Below, one piece after another: positions 1-14,500 of a DNA stretch of 64,000 nt (its first letter is position 1; every line of letters starts with the position of its first letter). Both the position numbers and the translations under genes were made by a program. Below the pieces are notes generated by a model. It was not told the origin of the DNA and did not search any database. It saw only the letters and a list, made by a program, of their open reading frames with translations. This DNA comes from the human T2T-CHM13v2.0 reference genome, Homo sapiens: assembly GCA_009914755.4 (NCBI GenBank), contig CP086569.2, forward strand, positions 10,848,001 to 10,912,000, written 5' to 3'.

Positions 1-3000
1 ACGTCAAAGTGATCCAGATATCCACTTGCAGATTCCACAAAAAGAGTGTTTCAAAAGTGCACAACCAAAAGAAAGGTTCAACTAGGTGAGATGAATGCAC
101 ACATCAGAAGGAAGTTTCTCAGAATGCTTCTGCATAGCTTTTAAGGGAAGATACTTCCTTTTCCAACATAGGCCTCAAAGCACTCCAAATATCCTCCTGG
201 AGATACCACAAAAAGAGTGTTTGCAAACTGCTCAATCAAAAGAAAGATTTAACTCTGTGAGATGAATCCACACATGACAAAGAAGTTTCTCAGAATGCTT
301 CTGTGTAGTTTTTATGTGAAGATATTTCCTTTTCCACAATAAGACCCAAAAGGCTCCAAATATTCACTTGCAGATTCTAAAAAAAACAGTGTTTCAAAAC
401 TGCTCAATCAAAAGATAGTTCAACTCTGTGAGAAGAATGCTCACATCACTGAGAAGTTTCTCAGAATGCTTCTGTGTAGTTTTTATATGAAGATATTTCC
501 TTTCCCACCGTAGGCCACAAAAGGCTCCAAATATCCACTTGCAGATACTATGAAAAGAGAGTTTCAAAACTGCTCATTCAAAAGATAGGTTCAACTCTGT
601 GGTTTGAATGCACACAGCACAAAGAAGTTTCACAGAATGTGTCTGTGTAGTTTTTATGTGCGGATGTTTCCTTTTCCACCATATGCCTAAATATTTCCCA
701 ATTTCCACTTGCAGATTCCACAAGAAGAGTGTTTCAAAACTGCTGTATCAAATAAAGTTGAACTCTGTGAGGTGAATGCACACAGCACAAAATGGTTTCT
801 CAGAATGCTTCCTTGTTGTTTTTATATGAAGATGTTTCCTTTTCAACAATAGGCCTCAAAGTGCTTCAAATGTCCACTTGCAGATTCTACAAAAAGAGTG
901 TTTCAAAACTGCTCAATCAAAAGAAAGGTTCGACTCTGGGAAATTAATGCACACATCACAAAGAAGTTTCTCAGCTTCTGTGTAGTTTTCATGTGAAGTT
1001 ATTTCCTTTTCCACAATAGGCCGCAAAGGGCTCCAAATATCAACTTACAGATTCTAGGAAAAGAGAGTTTCAAAACTGCTCTACGAAAAGATAGGTTGAA
1101 CTCTGTGAGATGAATGCACACATCACAAAGAAGTTTCTCAGAATGCATCTGTGTAGTTTTTACGGGAAGATATTTCCTTTTCCACCATCTTCCACAAAGG
1201 TCTCCAAGTAACCACTTGCAGACTCTACAGAAAGACACTTTAAAAACTGCTCTATCAAAAGATCAGTTCAAGTCTGTGGTTTGAATGCACACATCACAAA
1301 GAATTTTCTCAGAATGCTTCTGTGTAGTTTTCATATGAAGATATTTCCTTTTCCACCATAGGCCTCAAAGCACTCCAAATATCCACTTGCAGATTCTACA
1401 AAAAGAGATTTTCAAAACTAGTCAATCAAAAGAAAGGTTCAACTCTGTCAGTTGAATGCACATATCACAAACAAGTTTCTCGGAATGCGTCTGTGTAGTT
1501 TTTATGTGAAGATATTTCCTTCTCCACAACAGGCCTCAAAGTGCTCCGAATATCCACTTGCAGATTTTACTAAAGAGTGTTTCCAAACTGCTCAATCAAG
1601 AGGAAGTTTCAAGTCTGTGAGCTGAACGCACACATCACAAAGTAGTTTCTGAGAATGCTTCTGTGTAGTTTTTATGTGAAGATGTTTCCTTTTCCACCAT
1701 AGGCTGCAAAGGGCTCCAAATATCCACTTGCAGATTCTACAAAAAGAGAGTCTCAAAAGTGCTCTATCAAAAGATAGGTTCAACTATGTGATATGAATGC
1801 ACACATCACAAAGTAGTTTCTCAGAATGCTTCTGTGTAGTTTTTATGTAAAGATATTTCCTTTTCCACCATAGGCCTCAAAGCACTCCAAATATCCACTT
1901 GCAGATTCTACAAAAAGAGATGTTCAAAACTATTTAATCAAAAGAAAGGTTCAAATCTGTCAGTTGAAGGTACATATCACAAACAAGTTTATTGGAATGC
2001 TTCTGTGTAGTTTTTATGTGAAGATATTTCCTTTTCCACAACAGGCCTCAAGGTGCTCCAAATATCCACTTGCAGATTTCACTAAAAGTGTGTTTCCAAG
2101 CTGCTCAATCAAGAGGAAGTTTCAAGTCTGTGAGGTGAATGCACACATTACAAAGAAGTTACTGAGAATGCTTCTGTGTAGTTTTTATGTGAAGATATTT
2201 CCTTTTCCACCACAGGCCTCAAAGCGCTGCAAATATCCACTTGCAGATTCTACAAAAAGAGAGTTTCAAAACTGCTGTATCAAAAGATAGGGTCAACTCT
2301 GCGAGTTGAATAAACACATCACAAATAAGTTTCTGGGAACGCTTCTGTATAGTTTTATGTGAATATATTTCCTTTTCCACCATATGCCTCAAAGCACTCC
2401 AAATATCCACTTGCACATTATAGAAACATAGTCTTTCAAAACTTGTCAATCAAAGAAAGGTTCAACTCCGTGAGATGAGTGCACACATCACAGAGAAGTT
2501 TCTCGGAATGTTTCTGTGTAGTTTTTATGTGAAGATATTGCCTTTTCCACAATAGGCCTCAAAGCGTTCCAAATATCCAATTGCAGATTCCACAAAAAAA
2601 GTTTTTTAAAACTGCTCAATCAAATGATAGATTAAACTCTGTGAGATTAGTGCACACATGTCAAAAAAGTTTCTCAGAATGCTTCTGTGTACTTTTTAGG
2701 GGAAGATATTTCCTTTTCCACCATCGGCCACAAAGGACTCCAAATAACCACATGCAGATTCTAGTAACACAGAGTTTCAAAACTGCTCTATCAAAAGATA
2801 AGTTCAACTCTGAGAGTTTAGTGCAACCATCGTGAAGAAGTTTCTCAGAATGCTTCTGAGTAGTGTTTATGTGAAGATATTTCCTTTTCCACCATAGGCC
2901 TGAAAGCCCTCCAAATATCCACTTGCAGATCCTACAAAAAGAAAGTTTCGAAATGCTCTCTCAAACGATAGTTTCGACTCTGTGGTATGAATACACACAT

Positions 3001-5785
3001 CACAAAGAAGTTTCTCAGAATGCTTCTGTGTAGTTTTTAAATGAAGATATTTCTTTTTCCACCATAGGCCTCAAAGCACTCCAAATATGCACTTCCAGAT
3101 TCTACAAAAAGAGTGTTTCAGAACTGCTCAATCAAAAGGAAGGTTCCAGTCTGAGACAAATACACACATCAAAAGGTAGTTTCTCAGAATGCTTCTGTGT
3201 AGTTTTTATGTGAAGATATTTTCCTTTCCACCATAGGCCACAAATGGCTCTAAATACCCACTTACATTTTCCACAAAAAGAGAGTTTCAAAACTGCTCTA
3301 CCAAAGGTAAGTTTAACGCTGTGAGTTAAGAACATCACAAAGAAGTTTCTCAGAATGCTTCTGTGTAGTTCTTACGTAAAGATATTTCCTTTTACACAAT
3401 AGGCAGAAAAGTGCTCCAAATATCCACTTGAAGATTCTACAAAAACCGTGTTTCAAAACTGCCGAATCAAAAGAAAGGTTCAACTCTGTGAGATGAATGC
3501 ACACATAACAAAGGAGTTTCTCAGAATGCTTCTGTGTAGCTTTTATATGAAGACATTTAGTTTTCCACAACAGGCCTCAAAGCTCTCTCCATATCCACTT
3601 GCAGATTCTACCGAAAGAGTGCTTCCAAACTGCTCAATCAAAAGAGACATTCAAATCTGTGAGGTGAATGCAGACATCGTAAAGAAGTTTCTCAGAATGC
3701 TTCTGTGTATTTTTTGTGTGAAGTTATTCGTTTTTGCACCATAGGCCTCCAAGCGTTCTAAATATCCACTTCTAGATTCTACAAAAAGAGAGTTTCAAAA
3801 CTACTCAAACAAAAGGTTCAATTCTGTGAGTTGAAAGCAAACATCACAAAGAAGTTTCTCAGAATGCGTCTGTGTAGTTTTGATGTGAAGATATTTCCTT
3901 TTCACAGTAGAATGCAAAGGGCTCCAAATATCCACTTGGAGATTCTACAAAAAGAGTTTCAAAACCGCTCTGTCAAATGATAGGTTGAACTCCCGGAGGT
4001 GAATACACACATCACAAAGAGGTTTCTCAGCATGCTTCTGTGTAGTTTTTATGTAAACATATTTCCGTTTCTATCATAGGCCTCAAAGTGCTCCAAATAT
4101 TCACTTGTACATTCTACCAAACGAGTATTTCAAAACTGCTCAATCAAATGGAAGGTTCAAAACCGTGACATGAATGCCCACATCACAAAGTAGTTTCTCA
4201 GAATGCTTCTGTGTAGTTTTTATGTGAAGATATTTCCTTTTCCACAACAGCGTGCAAAACGCTTCAAATATGCCCTTAGAGATTCCACAAAAAGAGTGTT
4301 TCCAAACTACTCAAATCAAAAAATGATTTCAACTCTGTGAGATGAATGCACACATCACAAACTAGTTTCTCAGAATGTTTCTGCCTGGTTCTCATGCGAA
4401 GATAGTTCCTTTTTCACCATAGGCCGCAATGTACTCCAAATATCCACCTGCAGATTCTACAAAAGTGAGTTTCAAAACTGCTCTATCAAAAGATCAGTTC
4501 GTCTCTGTGAGTTGAATGCATACATCAAAAAGAAGCTTCTCAAAATGCTTCTGTGTGGTTTTTCGGTGAAGATAGTTCTTTTTCTACCATAGGTCTCAAA
4601 CCACTCCAAATATCCACTTGTAGATTCTATAAAAAGGAATGTTCAAAATTGCTCAATAAAAATAAAGTTTCAACACCGTGAGATGAGTGCACAAATCACA
4701 AAGAAGTTTCTCAAAATGCTTCTGGGTAGTTTTTCTGTGAAGATAGTTCCTTTTCTACCATGGGCCACAAAGGGCTCCAAATACCCACTTGCAGATTCTA
4801 CAAAAAGAGAGTTTCACAACTGCTCTATCAAACAATATGTTCAACTTTGTGGGTTGAACACAAATATCACAAGAATTTTCTCCCAATGCTTCTGTGTAGT
4901 TTTTATGTGAAGACATTTCTTTTCCCTCCATAGTCCACAAAGTGCTCCAAATATCCACTTACATATTCTAGAAAAAGATTGCTTGGAAACTGCACAATGA
5001 AAAGAAAGGTTCAAATATATGAGATGAATGCACACATCACAAAGAAGTTTCTCAGAATCTCTCTGTGTAATTTTTATGTGAAGATATTTCCTTTCCCACC
5101 TTAGGTCTTAAAACGCTCCAAATATCCACTTGCAGATACTACAAGAAGATTGTTTCAAAACTGCACAAAAAAAGAAATGTTCAATTCTGTTTGATGAATG
5201 CACACATCACAAAGAAGTTTCTCAGAATGCTTCTCTGTAGTTTTTATGTGAAGATATTTCCTTTTCCACAATAGGCCTCAAAGGGCTCCAAATATCCACT
5301 TCCAGATTCTATGAAAAGAATATTTCCAAACTGCTCAATCATAGGAAATGTTCAACTCTGTGAGATGAATGCACACATCACAAGAAATTTCTCAGAATCC
5401 TTCAGTGTAGGTTTTATGAGAAGATAATTCCTTTTCCACAATAGTTCTCAAAGCACTCAAAATATCCACTTGCAGATTCTACAAAAGGAGTATTTCAAAA
5501 CTGCTCAATCAAAAGAAAGTTTCAACTCTGTGAGATGAATGGACACATCACAAAGAAGTTTCTCAGAATGCTTCTGTGTAGTATTTTTGTGAAGATATTT
5601 CTTTTCCACCATAGACCGCCAGGGGACACAAATATCCACTTTCAGATTCTACAACAAGAGAGGTTCAAAACTACTCGATCAAGAGATGGTTTCAACTATG
5701 TGAGTTGAATGCACACATCACAAAGAACTATGTCGGAATTCTTCTGTGTAGTTTTTATGTGAAGATATTTCCTTTTCCACAATAG
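1..5785. repeat. Alpha-satellite HOR copy 1 (5785 bp, about 34 monomers). The window starts at an arbitrary HOR phase.
   Basis: The sequence from position 1 (acgtcaaagtgatccagatatccacttgcagattcc...) recurs at 5786, 11571, 17356, 23141 and 28926. ORF-track entries repeat with an identical 5785 offset (999 to 6784 to 12569 to 18354 to 24139). Confidence 0.95.
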
Positions 5786-8700
5786 ACGTCAAAGTGATCC
5801 AGATATCCACTTGCAGATTCCACAAAAAGAGTGTTTCAAAAGTGCACAACCAAAAGAAAGGTTCAACTAGGTGAGATGAATGCACACATCAGAAGGAAGT
5901 TTCTCAGAATGCTTCTGCATAGCTTTTAAGGGAAGATACTTCCTTTTCCAACATAGGCCTCAAAGCACTCCAAATATCCTCCTGGAGATACCACAAAAAG
6001 AGTGTTTGCAAACTGCTCAATCAAAAGAAAGATTTAACTCTGTGAGATGAATCCACACATGACAAAGAAGTTTCTCAGAATGCTTCTGTGTAGTTTTTAT
6101 GTGAAGATATTTCCTTTTCCACAATAAGACCCAAAAGGCTCCAAATATTCACTTGCAGATTCTAAAAAAAACAGTGTTTCAAAACTGCTCAATCAAAAGA
6201 TAGTTCAACTCTGTGAGAAGAATGCTCACATCACTGAGAAGTTTCTCAGAATGCTTCTGTGTAGTTTTTATATGAAGATATTTCCTTTCCCACCGTAGGC
6301 CACAAAAGGCTCCAAATATCCACTTGCAGATACTATGAAAAGAGAGTTTCAAAACTGCTCATTCAAAAGATAGGTTCAACTCTGTGGTTTGAATGCACAC
6401 AGCACAAAGAAGTTTCACAGAATGTGTCTGTGTAGTTTTTATGTGCGGATGTTTCCTTTTCCACCATATGCCTAAATATTTCCCAATTTCCACTTGCAGA
6501 TTCCACAAGAAGAGTGTTTCAAAACTGCTGTATCAAATAAAGTTGAACTCTGTGAGGTGAATGCACACAGCACAAAATGGTTTCTCAGAATGCTTCCTTG
6601 TTGTTTTTATATGAAGATGTTTCCTTTTCAACAATAGGCCTCAAAGTGCTTCAAATGTCCACTTGCAGATTCTACAAAAAGAGTGTTTCAAAACTGCTCA
6701 ATCAAAAGAAAGGTTCGACTCTGGGAAATTAATGCACACATCACAAAGAAGTTTCTCAGCTTCTGTGTAGTTTTCATGTGAAGTTATTTCCTTTTCCACA
6801 ATAGGCCGCAAAGGGCTCCAAATATCAACTTACAGATTCTAGGAAAAGAGAGTTTCAAAACTGCTCTACGAAAAGATAGGTTGAACTCTGTGAGATGAAT
6901 GCACACATCACAAAGAAGTTTCTCAGAATGCATCTGTGTAGTTTTTACGGGAAGACATTTCCTTTTCCACCATCTTCCACAAAGGTCTCCAAGTAACCAC
7001 TTGCAGATTCTACAGAAAGACACTTTAAAAACTGCTCTATCAAAAGATCAGTTCAAGTCTGTGGTTTGAATGCACACATCACAAAGAATTTTCTCAGAAT
7101 GCTTCTGTGTAGTTTTCATATGAAGATATTTCCTTTTCCACCATAGGCCTCAAAGCACTCCAAATATCCACTTGCAGATTCTACAAAAAGAGATTTTCAA
7201 AACTAGTCAATCAAAAGAAAGGTTCAACTCTGTCAGTTGAATGCACATATCACAAACAAGTTTCTCGGAATGCGTCTGTGTAGTTTTTATGTGAAGATAT
7301 TTCCTTCTCCACAACAGGCCTCAAAGTGCTCCGAATATCCACTTGCAGATTTTACTAAAGAGTGTTTCCAAACTGCTCAATCAAGAGGAAGTTTCAAGTC
7401 TGTGAGCTGAACGCACACATCACAAAGTAGTTTCTGAGAATGCTTCTGTGTAGTTTTTATGTGAAGATGTTTCCTTTTCCACCATAGGCTGCAAAGGGCT
7501 CCAAATATCCACTTGCAGATTCTACAAAAAGAGAGTTTCAAAAGTGCTCTATCAAAAGATAGGTTCAACTATGTGATATGAATGCACACATCACAAAGTA
7601 GTTTCTCAGAATGCTTCTGTGTAGTTTTTATGTAAAGATATTTCCTTTTCCACCATAGGCCTCAAAGCACTCCAAATATCCACTTGCAGATTCTACAAAA
7701 AGAGATTTTCAAAACTATTTAATCAAAAGAAAGGTTCAAATCTGTCAGTTGAAGGTACATATCACAAACAAGTTTATTGGAATGCTTCTGTGTAGTTTTT
7801 ATGTGAAGATATTTCCTTTTCCACAACAGGCCTCCAGGTGCTCCAAATATCCACTTGCAGATTTCACTAAAAGTGTGTTTCCAAGCTGCTCAATCAAGAG
7901 GAAGTTTCAAGTCTGTGAGGTGAATGCACACATTACAAAGAAGTTACTGAGAATGCTTCTGTGTAGTTTTTATGTGAAGATATTTCCTTTTCCACCGCAG
8001 GCCTCAAAGCGCTGCAAATATCCACTTGCAGATTCTACAAAAAGAGAGTTTCAAAACTGCTGTATCAAAAGATAGGGTCAACTCTGCGAGTTGAATAAAC
8101 ACATCACAAATAAGTTTCTGGGAACGCTTCTGTATAGTTTTATGTGAATATATTTCCTTTTCCACCATATGCCTCAAAGCACTCCAAATATCCACTTGCA
8201 CATTATAGAAACATAGTCTTTCAAAACTTGTCAATCAAAGAAAGGTTCAACTCCGTGAGATGAGTGCACACATCACAGAGAAGTTTCTCGGAATGTTTCT
8301 GTGTAGTTTTTATGTGAAGATATTGCCTTTTCCACAATAGGCCTCAAAGCGTTCCAAATATCCAATTGCAGATTCCACAAAAAAAGTTTTTTAAAACTGC
8401 TCAATCAAATGATAGATTAAACTCTGTGAGATTAGTGCACACATGTCAAAAAAGTTTCTCAGAATGCTTCTGTGTACTTTTTAGGGGAAGATATTTCCTT
8501 TTCCACCATCGGCCACAAAGGACTCCAAATAACCACATGCAGATTCTAGTAACACAGAGTTTCAAAACTGCTCTATCAAAAGATAAGTTCAACTCTGAGA
8601 GTTTAGTGCAACCATCGTGAAGAAGTTTCTCAGAATGCTTCTGAGTAGTGTTTATGTGAAGATATTTCCTTTTCCACCATAGGCCTGAAAGCCCTCCAAA

Positions 8701-11570
8701 TATCCACTTGCAGATCCTACAAAAAGAAAGTTTCGAAATGCTCTCTCAAACGATAGTTTCGACTCTGTGGTATGAATACACACATCACAAAGAAGTTTCT
8801 CAGAATGCTTCTGTGTAGTTTTTAAATGAAGATATTTCTTTTTCCACCATAGGCCTCAAAGCACTCCAAATATGCACTTCCAGATTCTACAAAAAGAGTG
8901 TTTCAGAACTGCTCAATCAAAAGGAAGGTTCCAGTCTGAGACAAATACACACATCAAAAGGTAGTTTCTCAGAATGCTTCTGTGTAGTTTTTATGTGAAG
9001 ATATTTTCCTTTCCACCATAGGCCACAAATGGCTCTAAATACCCACTTACATTTTCCACAAAAAGAGAGTTTCAAAACTGCTCTACCAAAGGTAAGTTTA
9101 ACGCTGTGAGTTAAGAACATCACAAAGAAGTTTCTCAGAATGCTTCTGTGTAGTTCTTACGTAAAGATATTTCCTTTTACACAATAGGCAGAAAAGTGCT
9201 CCAAATATCCACTTGAAGATTCTACAAAAACCGTGTTTCAAAACTGCCGAATCAAAAGAAAGGTTCAACTCTGTGAGATGAATGCACACATAACAAAGGA
9301 GTTTCTCAGAATGCTTCTGTGTAGCTTTTATATGAAGACATTTAGTTTTCCACAACAGGCCTCAAAGCTCTCTCCATATCCACTTGCAGATTCTACCGAA
9401 AGAGTGCTTCCAAACTGCTCAATCAAAAGAGACATTCAAATCTGTGAGGTGAATGCAGACATCGTAAAGAAGTTTCTCAGAATGCTTCTGTGTATTTTTT
9501 GTGTGAAGTTATTCGTTTTTGCACCATAGGCCTCCAAGCGTTCTAAATATCCACTTCTAGATTCTACAAAAAGAGAGTTTCAAAACTACTCAAACAAAAG
9601 GTTCAATTCTGTGAGTTGAAAGCAAACATCACAAAGAAGTTTCTCAGAATGCGTCTGTGTAGTTTTTATGTGAAGATATTTCCTTTTCACAGTAGAATGC
9701 AAAGGGCTCCAAATATCCACTTGGAGATTCTACAAAAAGAGTTTCAAAACCGCTCTGTCAAATGATAGGTTGAACTCCCGGAGGTGAATACACACATCAC
9801 AAAGAGGTTTCTCAGCATGCTTCTGTGTAGTTTTTATGTAAACATATTTCCGTTTCTATCATAGGCCTCAAAGTGCTCCAAATATTCACTTGTACATTCT
9901 ACCAAACGAGTATTTCAAAACTGCTCAATCAAATGGAAGGTTCAAAACCGTGACATGAATGCCCACATCACAAAGTAGTTTCTCAGAATGCTTCTGTGTA
10001 GTTTTTATGTGAAGATATTTCCTTTTCCACAACAGCGTGCAAAACGCTTCAAATATGCCCTTAGAGATTCCACAAAAAGAGTGTTTCCAAACTACTCAAA
10101 TCAAAAAATGATTTCAACTCTGTGAGATGAATGCACACATCACAAACTAGTTTCTCAGAATGTTTCTGCCTGGTTCTCATGCGAAGATAGTTCCTTTTTC
10201 ACCATAGGCCGCAATGTACTCCAAATATCCACCTGCAGATTCTACAAAAGTGAGTTTCAAAACTGCTCTATCAAAAGATCAGTTCGTCTCTGTGAGTTGA
10301 ATGCATACATCAAAAAGAAGCTTCTCAAAATGCTTCTGTGTGGTTTTTCGGTGAAGATAGTTCTTTTTCTACCATAGGTCTCAAACCACTCCAAATATCC
10401 ACTTGTAGATTCTATAAAAAGGAATGTTCAAAATTGCTCAATAAAAATAAAGTTTCAACACCGTGAGATGAGTGCACAAATCACAAAGAAGTTTCTCAAA
10501 ATGCTTCTGGGTAGTTTTTCTGTGAAGATAGTTCCTTTTCTACCATGGGCCACAAAGGGCTCCAAATACCCACTTGCAGATTCTACAAAAAGAGAGTTTC
10601 ACAACTGCTCTATCAAACAATATGTTCAACTTTGTGGGTTGAACACAAATATCACAAGAATTTTCTCCCAATGCTTCTGTGTAGTTTTTATGTGAAGACA
10701 TTTCTTTTCCCTCCATAGTCCACAAAGTGCTCCAAATATCCACTTACATATTCTAGAAAAAGATTGCTTGGAAACTGCACAATGAAAAGAAAGGTTCAAA
10801 TATATGAGATGAATGCACACATCACAAAGAAGTTTCTCAGAATCTCTCTGTGTAATTTTTATGTGAAGATATTTCCTTTCCCACCTTAGGTCTTAAAACG
10901 CTCCAAATATCCACTTGCAGATACTACAAGAAGATTGTTTCAAAACTGCACAAAAAAAGAAATGTTCAATTCTGTTTGATGAATGCACACATCACAAAGA
11001 AGTTTCTCAGAATGCTTCTCTGTAGTTTTTATGTGAAGATATTTCCTTTTCCACAATAGGCCTCAAAGGGCTCCAAATATCCACTTCCAGATTCTATGAA
11101 AAGAATATTTCCAAACTGCTCAATCATAGGAAATGTTCAACTCTGTGAGATGAATGCACACATCACAAGAAATTTCTCAGAATCCTTCAGTGTAGGTTTT
11201 ATGAGAAGATAATTCCTTTTCCACAATAGTTCTCAAAGCACTCAAAATATCCACTTGCAGATTCTACAAAAGGAGTATTTCAAAACTGCTCAATCAAAAG
11301 AAAGTTTCAACTCTGTGAGATGAATGGACACATCACAAAGAAGTTTCTCAGAATGCTTCTGTGTAGTATTTTTGTGAAGATATTTCTTTTCCACCATAGA
11401 CCGCCAGGGGACACAAATATCCACTTTCAGATTCTACAACAAGAGAGGTTCAAAACTACTCGATCAAGAGATGGTTTCAACTATGTGAGTTGAATGCACA
11501 CATCACAAAGAACTATGTCGGAATTCTTCTGTGTAGTTTTTATGTGAAGATATTTCCTTTTCCACAATAG
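5786..11570. repeat. Alpha-satellite HOR copy 2 (5785 bp).
   Basis: Exact 5785-bp periodicity. It differs from copy 1 at only a handful of sites, e.g. gatatttcc to gacatttcc and gcagactctacag to gcagattctacag near HOR offset 1150-1230. Confidence 0.95.
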
Positions 11571-14500
11571 ACGTCAAAGTGATCCAGATATCCACTTGCA
11601 GATTCCACAAAAAGAGTGTTTCAAAAGTGCACAACCAAAAGAAAGGTTCAACTAGGTGAGATGAATGCACACATCAGAAGGAAGTTTCTCAGAATGCTTC
11701 TGCATAGCTTTTAAGGGAAGATACTTCCTTTTCCAACATAGGCCTCAAAGCACTCCAAATATCCTCCTGGAGATACCACAAAAAGAGTGTTTGCAAACTG
11801 CTCAATCAAAAGAAAGATTTAACTCTGTGAGATGAATCCACACATGACAAAGAAGTTTCTCAGAATGCTTCTGTGTAGTTTTTATGTGAAGATATTTCCT
11901 TTTCCACAATAAGACCCAAAAGGCTCCAAATATTCACTTGCAGATTCTAAAAAAAACAGTGTTTCAAAACTGCTCAATCAAAAGATAGTTCAACTCTGTG
12001 AGAAGAATGCTCACATCACTGAGAAGTTTCTCAGAATGCTTCTGTGTAGTTTTTATATGAAGATATTTCCTTTCCCACCGTAGGCCACAAAAGGCTCCAA
12101 ATATCCACTTGCAGATACTATGAAAAGAGAGTTTCAAAACTGCTCATTCAAAAGATAGGTTCAACTCTGTGGTTTGAATGCACACAGCACAAAGAAGTTT
12201 CACAGAATGTGTCTGTGTAGTTTTTATGTGCGGATGTTTCCTTTTCCACCATATGCCTAAATATTTCCCAATTTCCACTTGCAGATTCCACAAGAAGAGT
12301 GTTTCAAAACTGCTGTATCAAATAAAGTTGAACTCTGTGAGGTGAATGCACACAGCACAAAATGGTTTCTCAGAATGCTTCCTTGTTGTTTTTATATGAA
12401 GATGTTTCCTTTTCAACAATAGGCCTCAAAGTGCTTCAAATGTCCACTTGCAGATTCTACAAAAAGAGTGTTTCAAAACTGCTCAATCAAAAGAAAGGTT
12501 CGACTCTGGGAAATTAATGCACACATCACAAAGAAGTTTCTCAGCTTCTGTGTAGTTTTCATGTGAAGTTATTTCCTTTTCCACAATAGGCCGCAAAGGG
12601 CTCCAAATATCAACTTACAGATTCTAGGAAAAGAGAGTTTCAAAACTGCTCTACGAAAAGATAGGTTGAACTCTGTGAGATGAATGCACACATCACAAAG
12701 AAGTTTCTCAGAATGCATCTGTGTAGTTTTTACGGGAAGACATTTCCTTTTCCACCATCTTCCACAAAGGTCTCCAAGTAACCACTTGCAGATTCTACAG
12801 AAAGACACTTTAAAAACTGCTCTATCAAAAGATCAGTTCAAGTCTGTGGTTTGAATGCACACATCACAAAGAATTTTCTCAGAATGCTTCTGTGTAGTTT
12901 TCATATGAAGATATTTCCTTTTCCACCATAGGCCTCAAAGCACTCCAAATATCCACTTGCAGATTCTACAAAAAGAGATTTTCAAAACTAGTCAATCAAA
13001 AGAAAGGTTCAACTCTGTCAGTTGAATGCACATATCACAAACAAGTTTCTCGGAATGCGTCTGTGTAGTTTTTATGTGAAGATATTTCCTTCTCCACAAC
13101 AGGCCTCAAAGTGCTCCGAATATCCACTTGCAGATTTTACTAAAGAGTGTTTCCAAACTGCTCAATCAAGAGGAAGTTTCAAGTCTGTGAGCTGAACGCA
13201 CACATCACAAAGTAGTTTCTGAGAATGCTTCTGTGTAGTTTTTATGTGAAGATGTTTCCTTTTCCACCATAGGCTGCAAAGGGCTCCAAATATCCACTTG
13301 CAGATTCTACAAAAAGAGAGTTTCAAAAGTGCTCTATCAAAAGATAGGTTCAACTATGTGATATGAATGCACACATCACAAAGTAGTTTCTCAGAATGCT
13401 TCTGTGTAGTTTTTATGTAAAGATATTTCCTTTTCCACCATAGGCCTCAAAGCACTCCAAATATCCACTTGCAGATTCTACAAAAAGAGATTTTCAAAAC
13501 TATTTAATCAAAAGAAAGGTTCAAATCTGTCAGTTGAAGGTACATATCACAAACAAGTTTATTGGAATGCTTCTGTGTAGTTTTTATGTGAAGATATTTC
13601 CTTTTCCACAACAGGCCTCAAGGTGCTCCAAATATCCACTTGCAGATTTCACTAAAAGTGTGTTTCCAAGCTGCTCAATCAAGAGGAAGTTTCAAGTCTG
13701 TGAGGTGAATGCACACATTACAAAGAAGTTACTGAGAATGCTTCTGTGTAGTTTTTATGTGAAGATATTTCCTTTTCCACCGCAGGCCTCAAAGCGCTGC
13801 AAATATCCACTTGCAGATTCTACAAAAAGAGAGTTTCAAAACTGCTGTATCAAAAGATAGGGTCAACTCTGCGAGTTGAATAAACACATCACAAATAAGT
13901 TTCTGGGAACGCTTCTGTATAGTTTTATGTGAATATATTTCCTTTTCCACCATATGCCTCAAAGCACTCCAAATATCCACTTGCACATTATAGAAACATA
14001 GTCTTTCAAAACTTGTCAATCAAAGAAAGGTTCAACTCCGTGAGATGAGTGCACACATCACAGAGAAGTTTCTCGGAATGTTTCTGTGTAGTTTTTATGT
14101 GAAGATATTGCCTTTTCCACAATAGGCCCCAAAGCGTTCCAAATGTCCAATTGCAGATTCCACAAAAAAAGTTTTTTAAAACTGCTCAATCAAATGATAG
14201 ATTAAACTCTGTGAGATTAGTGCACACATGTCAAAAAAGTTTCTCAGAATGCTTCTGTGTACTTTTTAGGGGAAGATATTTCCTTTTCCACCATCGGCCA
14301 CAAAGGACTCCAAATAACCACATGCAGATTCTAGTAACACAGAGTTTCAAAACTGCTCTATCAAAAGATAAGTTCAACTCTGAGAGTTTAGTGCAACCAT
14401 CGTGAAGAAGTTTCTCAGAATGCTTCTGAGTAGTGTTTATGTGAAGATATTTCCTTTTCCACCATAGGCCTGAAAGCCCTCCAAATATCCACTTGCAGAT